A stretch of 64,000 nt of DNA from a virus, in IMG/VR virus record IMGVR_UViG_3300009183_008543, positions 64,001-128,000 of that record. The stretch is one strand, 5' to 3'. Position numbers and translations under genes: made by a program. The stretch's first letter is position 1, and each line of letters begins with the position of its first letter. A model generated the notes under the pieces. That model ran no database searches and was not told where the DNA came from. It was given only the letters and a program-made list of their open reading frames with translations. Of the stretch, positions 20,155 to 30,000 are shown piece after piece.

Positions 20155-20358
20155 GACTTCGATTTAAAGTTGCTCAAGATCCGATCCCGATCTCGATTAA
20201 TTTTGGCGAGTTACTAAGGAATGTGTGGAAAACTAAAACCCACACTTGAAAGTCAACACAACTTTATTCTTTCAGTCTATCTCTGTGCCAGAGTCTCAAA
20301 TTTGCCAAATTTAAGAATAAGAGTTTTGCACTTTAGTTTATTTAAAGAACACGAAGTC
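20155..20358 (-). ncRNA. Candidate ~200-nt structured non-coding RNA (unassigned)
   Basis: Terminal pairing GACTTCG/CGAAGTC, four internal hairpins, G-U pairs on the minus strand only, abuts a terminator. Confidence 0.45.
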
Positions 20359-20372
20359 GTGGCTAAGATTGA

Positions 20373-20879
20373 TTACTTATTTTCTGGTAATGGTTTAAAT
20401 TCAATAATAGGCTTTGAATCTTTTATAGGATCAACTTGTGGCTTCGAAGAGTCTGTAGCCTTGCTTGGCATCGTCTTTTTTGGATTTTGACTAGCTCCGC
20501 TAACAGCAGGACAATTCATATCATCACAAGCTTTGTGATAACCTTCTTCATAGGAAATGGTTCGAACATAGTCAACTTGATCCATTCCACGATAATATCC
20601 ACTATGCCAAATTGAAGAAATTTCATTTTCTTCTGGTTTTACATTATTGACAATAGATAATATTCCTTCAATCTTTCCTTGTCCTTTTGCATTTTCCATC
20701 ATGCCATCACGATGACTATTTATTTGACTGTATAATAACTCTGTGTAACCGCTTTGTTGCAAACGATCTTTTTGATCCATCAAGTTAGTAATATCCTTAT
20801 ATGTGTCAATTCGATAAATTTGATACGCATTGACAATCAAAGAAAATCCCAAAACAGTACACAAAACATAATTGCTCAT
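20373..20879 (-). CDS. Membrane-anchored hypothetical protein
   Basis: N-terminal TM; GYYRG/YEEGY motifs; GAGGAG RBS. Confidence 0.7.
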   Translation of the reverse strand: MSNYVLCTVLGFSLIVNAYQIYRIDTYKDITNLMDQKDRLQQSGYTELLYSQINSHRDGMMENAKGQGKIEGILSIVNNVKPEENEISSIWHSGYYRGMDQVDYVRTISYEEGYHKACDDMNCPAVSGASQNPKKTMPSKATDSSKPQVDPIKDSKPIIEFKPLPENK

Positions 20880-21026
20880 CCCACTCTCCTCAAATTAAAT
20901 AGTCCTTAAATTCAGTAACGAAAAGTAAAATATCACATTTTTTTTTTAAAATCAAGTCATTGAGACAATTATTTTCATATTTCTTCCTTATATATAAGGA
21001 AAGACATTCCGTAAGAGGAGATTACC

Positions 21027-21995
21027 ATGGCGTTTAAGAAATTTAGAGAATATTTAAAAGACGAAAAAAATATCGTTGAAAAACCAGAAGTGCAAAAAGT
21101 TCCCGACTATAAAGGACCTTCTAGCTCTGCTCCACCACAAGCAAAAATGGATAAAAATGCTGGTGGTCATGGTTACAAGGGTTCTGCAAAGCCTTACAGT
21201 GCAGGGAAAAATGCTGCCAATCCAAACAAATCAGAAAAAGGATTTGCACACGAAGGCGACAAAGATCTGAAATATGAACCTAAAGTCGATGTCGATACTA
21301 AAGATCCAGCAAAAGGCGAAGAACTTAAATCTTGGCATAAATCCAAAAGTGTATCTGAATGGCTCCAAAAAACACGCAAATTAAGCAATGCTGGCTTTAT
21401 AAAAGGAATGCAAAATGAAGGTATTGCCTATGGAGTTATAAAAGAAACTATAACCGAATGTGCAAAATCAAATAGAAATGTCGCTCAACTTGTCATGGAA
21501 ATGAAACGAAATAAATTGCTTAAATCTTTGATTTCTGAGATTTGCAGTCACGAATCTGCAATTCCTGCGATTCTTTCAGAAATCAAAAAAAATAGTTTGT
21601 TCTTAAAGTACTTAAATGAATTTCATGATATGGACCATGATGAAAATAATAGTGATGATGAAGAACCTATGGAAATGGATGATGAAGAACCTATGGAAAT
21701 GGATGATGATGAATCCATGGGTGATGACGATGAATCCATGGGTGATGACGATGAATCCATGGGTGATGATGATGAATCCATGGGCGATGACGATGAATCC
21801 ATGGATGATGACGATGAATCCATGGGTGATGATGATGAATCCATGGGTGATGATGATGAATCCATGGGTGATGACGATGAATCCATGGGCGATGATGATG
21901 ACGAATCTGCTCTTTCCAACCCAATTGGAAAACACCATGCAAGAAAAGCATTGAAAAAAATGGGACCACCACCCGGTCCTTCTAGTGAATTCTAA
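21027..21995 (+). CDS. Acidic-repeat protein, probable head core/scaffold-type protein
   Basis: Starts MAFKKFREYLKDE; internal YLNE; (DDDESMG)x9; GAGGAG RBS; TATATAA upstream. Confidence 0.7.
   Translation: MAFKKFREYLKDEKNIVEKPEVQKVPDYKGPSSSAPPQAKMDKNAGGHGYKGSAKPYSAGKNAANPNKSEKGFAHEGDKDLKYEPKVDVDTKDPAKGEELKSWHKSKSVSEWLQKTRKLSNAGFIKGMQNEGIAYGVIKETITECAKSNRNVAQLVMEMKRNKLLKSLISEICSHESAIPAILSEIKKNSLFLKYLNEFHDMDHDENNSDDEEPMEMDDEEPMEMDDDESMGDDDESMGDDDESMGDDDESMGDDDESMDDDDESMGDDDESMGDDDESMGDDDESMGDDDDESALSNPIGKHHARKALKKMGPPPGPSSEF
21654..21890 (+). repeat. Coding tandem repeat: 2 x 24 bp followed by 9 x 21 bp
   Basis: DDEEPMEM x2, then GATGAYGATGAATCCATGGGY-type units x9. Confidence 0.95.
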
Positions 21996-22002
21996 AAAAA
22001 GC

Positions 22003-22028
22003 AAGCTCCGAAAGGGGCTTACTTTTTT
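22003..22028 (+). terminator. Intrinsic terminator
   Basis: AAGCTCC-GAAA-GGGGCTT then ACTTTTTT. Confidence 0.75.
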
Positions 22029-22060
22029 ATAGCAGGAGGCTTTATCATAGCAGGAGGCTA

Positions 22061-22753
22061 ATGATTTTACATGGAAGTAAAGAAAAAATCTTAATTTGTA
22101 TGCCCACCTATCACTCTAAAATGGAGTGGCTTGTTCGATCTGTAGATTCATTGCACTTTCAAACATATAAGAATTTTGATTGCTATGTTGTAAAAGATGG
22201 ATGCTCAGAATCATGCACATTTACCAATTTTGAAAAAACATGTATTGAATGTGCAGATTGCAAAAAAACAAGAATATTTTTTGAAAAAGTTTGCAAGGCA
22301 GATTCTAGATTTAAATTTTTTACATTGCCAATACATCATAGCGGTGCAGGTTGGGGTCCAAGAAATTTTGCCATCATGAATACACATCACAATTACATTG
22401 GATATCTTGATGATGATAATTGGTATGAAAAAGATCATATAGAATTACTTTATAAAACAATAACTGAAACCAAAAGCGACATGTGCTACACAGGAACCAG
22501 ACTTTACGATCACAACAAAAAAGTTGTCGGAGAAAGAATTCATAATGATATTCCAAAAGCTGGTTATATAGATACTTCTGAGATTATGCACACTAGATAC
22601 CTTATAGAAAAACACGGAGGTTGGCGCTATGTAAAAAAGTGCAATGATTGGGATATAGTTTCAAGATGGGTTCCCGATGTGAAATGGAGTCACACCAACA
22701 AGGTAACACTTAATTTCTTTCTGAGGGATGGATGCGGAATACACAGGAAATAA
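22061..22753 (+). CDS. GT2 glycosyltransferase
   Basis: ICMPTY, VKDG, PRNFAI, YIGYLDDDNWY, NDWD. Confidence 0.9.
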   Translation: MILHGSKEKILICMPTYHSKMEWLVRSVDSLHFQTYKNFDCYVVKDGCSESCTFTNFEKTCIECADCKKTRIFFEKVCKADSRFKFFTLPIHHSGAGWGPRNFAIMNTHHNYIGYLDDDNWYEKDHIELLYKTITETKSDMCYTGTRLYDHNKKVVGERIHNDIPKAGYIDTSEIMHTRYLIEKHGGWRYVKKCNDWDIVSRWVPDVKWSHTNKVTLNFFLRDGCGIHRK

Positions 22754-24012
22754 AACAGTTCATCCAGAAGTGGAAAAACTTCACCGATCCTTCCACGCAA
22801 ATTCCTTACGACTACAAACCAATATGCAAAGATTTACTTCTACACGATGAAGAACTTGTTGTCGAAACAATAGACATACTGAAAAGAAACATATCGTCTT
22901 GGGCAGAAAAAAATTCCGAAATTTATGAAAGTAAAAAAGCCTTTACTTTTTTGGAAAAAAAAGATCTCAACGATAAAAGCAAATGGTATGTAAAATCCTT
23001 GGAAAAGGAATCCATGCCAATGAAAAGTAGCGGAAGCACCACTGGCGAGGGATTTGAATACTTGCGATGGGAACCTTTCCTTTATTTCATCGAAGGAGAA
23101 AACCACTACGACCTTATTCTGGATGAGTACGAAATACCACAGAACCCACACATCATGTACTTTTTTAATTCCTCGTTCGGAAGTGGTCCAAGACACATAA
23201 ACAACACATCGAAAAGCAAGAACTTCATGGAACACCACGGAACGAAAAGAACCGCAATGGTTCATTATGCAAACACAAAACTCCAAAAAGAAAAAGAAGA
23301 AGTATTCCAAAAATATCTACTCAAGTATTTAAATGCAAAAAAAATGGATGTAATATTCGCTCCCGGTCCACAAATAAAAAAAATATGCTCTTATATAAAA
23401 AAGGAAAACTATAAGGGTAAACTGTGCAACTTGTTAAGTAATAGCAATGAGAAACTTCTAGATGAGGATGCTAAGTTCCTTCTGGAAAACAAATATGTAT
23501 CACATATATGCGACCACATGCGGTGTTGGGATGGTGGTGCTTCATTCTTCACATGCAAAGACAAGAACTATCACTTGATGGACAACCTTTCTTGGTGTGT
23601 CGAAAACGAAGAAAGACTTATATCAACCGATTACTTCTCCTTGGCTTGTCCTTTCGTAAAATTCTGGAATGGCGATAGGTGCAAGATAGGCGAGAAATAC
23701 CAGAGATGTTCTTGCGGAAGGTTGTACAGAGATTTTAAATTCTTAGAGAATCGACCCTTCGCCATAAAAGGGCATTCGATCAACGAGTATAAGAAAAAGC
23801 TCATGGAAACTGGTCTTACAGAGATAAAACAGGTGAATTGCGGAAATGATTTCATAGAGATCGTATCTAATAAGGAAATAGATCCATCCAAGAAAGATGA
23901 AGTTGCCAAAATATTTAAGTCTCACAAGTTGAGATTCAAGGTTATTCCAGACCAAATATTGGCATCGCAAAAAGTACAGAACAGAAATCCATCTGGAAAG
24001 GATGGAGACTAA
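22732..24012 (+). CDS. Phenylacetate-CoA ligase/CapK-like adenylating (ANL) enzyme
   Basis: SSGSTTGE P-loop, CWDGG, FWNGD, RCSCGR. Confidence 0.7.
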   Translation: MRNTQEIKQFIQKWKNFTDPSTQIPYDYKPICKDLLLHDEELVVETIDILKRNISSWAEKNSEIYESKKAFTFLEKKDLNDKSKWYVKSLEKESMPMKSSGSTTGEGFEYLRWEPFLYFIEGENHYDLILDEYEIPQNPHIMYFFNSSFGSGPRHINNTSKSKNFMEHHGTKRTAMVHYANTKLQKEKEEVFQKYLLKYLNAKKMDVIFAPGPQIKKICSYIKKENYKGKLCNLLSNSNEKLLDEDAKFLLENKYVSHICDHMRCWDGGASFFTCKDKNYHLMDNLSWCVENEERLISTDYFSLACPFVKFWNGDRCKIGEKYQRCSCGRLYRDFKFLENRPFAIKGHSINEYKKKLMETGLTEIKQVNCGNDFIEIVSNKEIDPSKKDEVAKIFKSHKLRFKVIPDQILASQKVQNRNPSGKDGD

Positions 24013-27000
24013 ATGATAGATCCAAAACTGGTAGAAAATTGGAATATAATTTTCGCACTTGCCGACAAAGCTTGTGGGCATTTCGCAACATATGAAGCAA
24101 TAGTCCTTGTGCCACGACCTTGTACCGGAGGGTCAAGTGCTTATTGGACTCTTGGTACTTCTTGTCCAGATGGTTGCACATCTTCTCCTCCTTCTGAATT
24201 GCCAACAAATCCTCCATGCGATCCTAATTACCCTGATAATGGAACGGAAAATGACATAATCGGGTGCTGCGGAGGGATAGTTGAAGTCGAATGCACTGGA
24301 ACCTGCTGTAACTGTGGTGGAGTTCAATGCGAACCATCAGAGACATGCTGCGACAATGTTTGCGTGGACTTGCAAACGGATCATGACCATTGTGGCGGTT
24401 GCCCTATAGTTTGCGAACCTTCAGAAAGCTGCAAGAATGGTGTTTGCAAAGGCGCTTGTGCTTCGAGCAACTGCTCATGGACTTGGAGCGAAGGCTGTCA
24501 GGCTGATTGTGCTTATGTCCTCCTTGATGGTGTGTATGTGCAGAATCAATTTTGCACAGAAGGATCAAATTGCATTTGTCCTGCCGCTCCTGCCGTAACC
24601 GAATCATCACCACTTTATGTATACATTTCTTGTGTTGGAAATCCAAGACCATCGGGTGTTTGGTCACAGACTTCGACATGCCCACAGGGATGCACCTGTC
24701 CAGAAGAAGCACCAACGACAAATGGAACGACAAATGGTCAAGTTATAACCCATGAATGCGTCAGTTGCTCCCCTCCATGCGGAGAAGGACAAGACTGCTG
24801 CGGTGGCGAATGCAAAAACATATATGAAGACAGCAATAATTGTGATGGTTGCGGAAATGTTTGCCCTGAAGCAACACCAACTTGCTGCAATGGCGAGTGC
24901 TGTGTGTCAAACAATTGTTGTTCGGTTGATGGAACAAATACTTGTATTGATGTTATGAATGATCCAAATCATTGTGGTGATTGCATAACATTTTGCAGCG
25001 GTCCAGAAACTACAACGCCACAAAAGTGTTGCCATGGCGAATGCAAATTCACAGAAACAGATAATGAAAATTGCGGATCTTGTGACTTTCCTTGTCCTGT
25101 CGGATACACATGCTGTTTTGGTGTATGCAAAGAACTATATGGTGATGATCGCTTGAACTGTGGCGATTGTGGTAAAACTTGCCCTGTCGGAGAGTTTTGT
25201 AAAGATGGCAATTGCGTAGACCCTTGTACGCTGGAGGAATGCTCATACACATGGGATGCACAAACATGCACATTCATGTACAATAACCCAAATGGGTATA
25301 AAATATGTTCTGGAACTGCGGTCATGAAATGGGTTCCAACTGGACCTCCTAGCGACCCTGATTCAATAACTGGTACATGTCCGGGTCGTTGGGATACAGT
25401 AGTTCCATGCGAATATTCAGATAACTGCGGTTGTATAAATGGGTATGGGTTTGAACAAACTATTGGACCATGCTGGGAATATACACAAGAATGCTATTGT
25501 GGTCAGAGAAATGATGTAATCACTCCATGTGGCGCAATTTTCCCTGTTCTAGATCCAGTTATAGGTTGGGCAGGAGGAACATGGGAACAGTTAACCGACT
25601 GCGATGGTTGTCCAAAACCAGTAGATCCTCCTGCAATACCAGCCTGTATGGGACAAACTTACAGTTTCAACTGTGCAGGATCTTGGATCTACAGACCATG
25701 CCCAAGCTGCGTATGCCCAATAAACGAGCCACTTCGAGAAGGAACACCAAATGAAAAAGTTTCTTCTCCCTGTAAAAACTGTGATCCAGCTTGTGGTGCC
25801 AATCAAAAGTGTTGCAATCATGTTTGTAAAAACATACTTACAGATGTTCGTAATTGCGGAGATTGCGGAAGAGATTGCGGATCTGCTGCGGGAACCGCTT
25901 GCTGTAGGGGAACATGCGTAAACACACTTACAGAAGAACTTTACTGCGGAGGTTGCAATACCGTTTGTGCATGGTCAGAAACTTGTTGCAATGGTTTTTG
26001 CAAAGATACTCACACAGACCCTGCTAACTGTGGTAGTTGCGGACATCCTTGTGCTGCTGGCGAAGTTTGCTGTAATAGTTTTTGCGTAAACACAAATACC
26101 GACAGAAATAACTGTGGAAGTTGCCCATTTGTATGTCCCAACGCAGATAAGTGCATTGACGGAAGATGCGTTCCATGCGACCCCCCATGTCTAGAAGCTG
26201 GAACCGCTTGCTGCAACAATTCATGCATCGACATATTGTCTGACGAGAACAACTGCGGTGGTTGCAACATACCCTGTGCTGGCAAATGCTGCAATGGGTC
26301 TTGCGTATTAGATTTGAACACCATGTACAACTGTGGTGATTGCGGAATAGCGTGTCCGCAAATGATCAACCAGATCAATCTGTGGCAGTGCTGCAATGGT
26401 CAGTGCAAGAATCTAAAAACTGATCCAGAAAACTGCGGTTTTTGCGGAAGAGTATGTCAAGAGCCTCCGGGTGACACATTTAAAGTTCCAAAATGTTTCT
26501 TGGGAAACTGTGCAGAACCAGAATGTGTATGTTTGGGAGGGGAAACCCCCGGACCTGACGATGTTGTTTTCGTATCCACATGCCTTGGGAACACGATAAG
26601 CTGTGAGGGGTCTTGTTATTTTGAGAATGTGGGCGGAAGTTGGGTTCTTCATGAAGAGCCGGGCGGAACTGGATTTTCTGGATCTTGCGGAAAAGAACCA
26701 GACTACACATATTGTGTTGATGACAAATATGCCTGTGTTGGAGATATATATTATTGCGTAAAACCCATAGAAGGACAAGATATGCCAACTTATTGTATAC
26801 CAAAACCATCATTTGACCCATTAGCACAAGCACTAATCGGATCGTATATCGGAGCAGAAAACTGTGCTGCTGGTTGCAGCGGGGATGGAAGCTGTCCAGA
26901 CGGTTGTGCAAACGGATTGACCTGTTGTAATACGGAATGCGTGGACACGCAAACGGACAGTGCCAATTGCGGTGGTTGTGGTGGCGGTCCTTGTGCCTCT

Positions 27001-30000
27001 GATGAGACTTGCAAAGACGGAGCTTGCACGGGTTGCCCTTCTCCATGTGCCGAAGACGAATCGTGCTGCGAAGGAGGAACGACATGCTGCAAGGTCTGCT
27101 GTAATGATGGGTGTTGTGCGGATACCGATCATTGCGGAGAAGGTGGTGCATGCACTCCATGCGAATGTACCGCTGGACAAACCTGCTGCGGTCCTAATTG
27201 TTGCGATCCGGGAAAAGAATGCTGTGGTTCTGGAAGTAGTGCAACATGTTGCACCGGAGATCAATACTGCGATGGAACTGGACACTGCGCATCATGCAAC
27301 CCAGTATGCTACCCGAACGAAACATGCTGCGGTGCGTCTGGATGTATAGCAAACAAGTGTGGCGACTGTCCTAATTCGTGTCCAGAAGGAATAGTTTGCT
27401 GCGGTCTTCCTCACCACGAGGTGTGTTGCGGCGAAGGTCAAACTTGTGTCGATAATAAATGTTACGGATGTACGCCTCCTTGTTCGGAAAGTCAAGATTG
27501 CTGCGATGAGGTGTGTACCGAACTTGGAACCGACACAGATTGTACTGGTTGCGGTGCAGCTTGCGGAGAAGGAACAAAATGTTGCGGTGGCTCATGCATA
27601 GATGTGATGGATGATGTGAACAATTGTGGTGGTTGCGGTGTCGTGTGCGAGGAAGATGGTGCAACTCCTCTTTGCTGCGATGGAACTCCGACAGCAAATG
27701 GAACGAATGAAAATTGCTTGAGTTGCGGAGACACAGCCGATCCAGACAATGCGACAAACCCTACATCATGCTGTCCTAAAGCAGTTGTTGTTGCTGGCGC
27801 TCCAGACACCTCGACTTTCTTTGTTACCGCTACAAACAGTGACGACAAGAATTGCGGTGGTTGCGGAAATGTTGCTGACACATCGCCACAAGTGCAAGAA
27901 AAATGCTGTGCGGGTGAAATCGTTAGCCTTTTGACTGATCCAGACAACTGTGGAGGGTGTGGCGTTAGGGTTGTTGATCCTATGAGTTGCTGTCCAAGTT
28001 GGGGTCCGCCAAATCAGTTTGGCGATCTACCAACACCAACCTCTGGTCCAGTAAACACACAAACAGACAACGACCATTGCGGCGGTTGCAACATCCCATG
28101 CAATCCAATAGAAACTGGTGATGACTGCCCACCTCCCGGCGCTCCACCAACGACAAAATGCAAGGATGGCACATGTGTGCCATGCGGAACATGCAAGCTT
28201 CCGACAGAACAACAACAAGCACAATTGTTGGGATCTCAACCAACTGTATGGGGGTCACACACGACCATACCATGCACCTATGACGGATGTCCTATGCCGG
28301 TAACCGATCCGCCAACTCCTGCCCCTCCGGGGAAAACATGCTTCGGTGGCTGTGACTACAAAGCGGTAGGAAATGTTGGAAACCTGTCATGGGAACTGGT
28401 TGGTTGCGAATGCTACGACTCTTGCACACTTCCAGAATGCAACGCCTCAAATCCACATGCCACTCCATGTCCAAGTGTTGGAACCTGTTCTGGAGAAGGA
28501 CCTTGCGGCGGATGCCTTTATGACGACTATGACCATCCTTCTGCATACAAATGCTTCGCGCCATGGGGTCATGATACTGTTAGCTGCGGGAGTCTCTATA
28601 ACTATAGTAGTACATTTGGCTATTGCTGTACGAAAGACGCAAATCATCCAAATGGCGGAGTTCTATGTCTTAGTGGCAGTTGTTCAGGTGCTGCGGGAGA
28701 CTGCGAACCTTGCGGCGGATCATGTGCCGCAGGACTTACATGTTGCGGGGTTTTTCCGAATGATGTGTGTTTGAACCTGAAAACGGATGAAAGTCATTGC
28801 GGATCATGTACGAATGTTTGTGCCGCAGGAGAGACATGCTGTAATAGCTCATGTAAAAATACCAACACAGACAATAACAATTGTGGCGGTTGCGGTATAA
28901 AATGCAGTGGAGTTTCGGAATGTTGCAATGGCAGCTGCAAAGTTCTAAACACTCCAACTAATTGTGGTGCTTGCGGAATAGTATGTACTGTCCTTGAACC
29001 ACTCTGTTGCAACAATAACTGCACACCGTCTGATGAATTCAACTGCGGAGGGTGCGGAAGAACATGTGATGCTGGTGAAAAATGTTGTGATGGTGAATGC
29101 ACAGAGGTGATGGGCGATGACGAATCTAACTGCGGTGATTGTGGCTTTACTTGTGCTTCTAGTGGAACTTGCTGCTCTGGCGAATGTATCGAAAACCAAT
29201 GCGGAACATGTCCTACTGCATGTACCGAAGGTCAGGGATGTTGTGGTACGCCTCCAAATCTAACTTGCACCGATCTTGGAACAGACGAAAACTGTATCAG
29301 TTGTGGCAATGCTTGCGCTGCAGGAACGAAATGTTGCTTTGATGGAGTTGAAAACTTATGCATATCAGTAATGGGTGCTGATAAAAATAACTGTGGCGAT
29401 TGTAACATAATTTGTGAAAATAATGAACGATGTGAAGACGGTGTATGCATAAATTTAAGTGAAGGGTGTGATCCGGAATGTGTTGAGGGAGAAGAATGTT
29501 GCGAAGGAACTGCCTGTTGTAGTCTGCCAGAATTTCAATGTTGCTCTGGCTCATGTACTGCCGTTTTCTCTTTCCAAACAGATAGTTCCAACTGCGGAAG
29601 TTGTGGAAACGCTTGTGCTGCTGGCGAGCAATGTTGCAATGGCGATTGTATTGCCACTAGCTCTTTCCAAACAGATGAATCTAATTGCGGAACTTGTGGT
29701 AACGCTTGTTCCGGAAGCCAAACTTGTTGCTCTGGCTCATGTATCGCCACTAGCTCTCTCCAAACAGATGAAGCAAACTGCGGAACTTGCGGAAACGCTT
29801 GTGGTGCTGGTGAAACATGTTGCTCTGGTGTTTGTAAAGCACTTCAAACAGATGAAGCTAATTGCGGAACTTGCGGAAACGCTTGTGGTGCTGGTCAAGA
29901 ATGTTGTAGTGGTGTTTGCAAAGCCGTACAAACTGATAGTTCCAACTGCGGAACTTGCGGAAACGCTTGTTCCGGAAGCCAAACATGTTGCTCTGGATCA

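Noticed and set aside
20221-20490. 89-aa plus-strand ORF across the ncRNA candidate
   Set aside because: Antisense overlap with 20373-20879, no motif, and it starts downstream of a plus-strand terminator.
21654-21890. CRISPR array
   Set aside because: Head-to-tail 21-bp coding repeats with no unique spacers and no cas genes.
21612-22004. His-rich and Ser-rich ORFs on other frames
   Set aside because: Shadow translations of the DDDESMG repeat.
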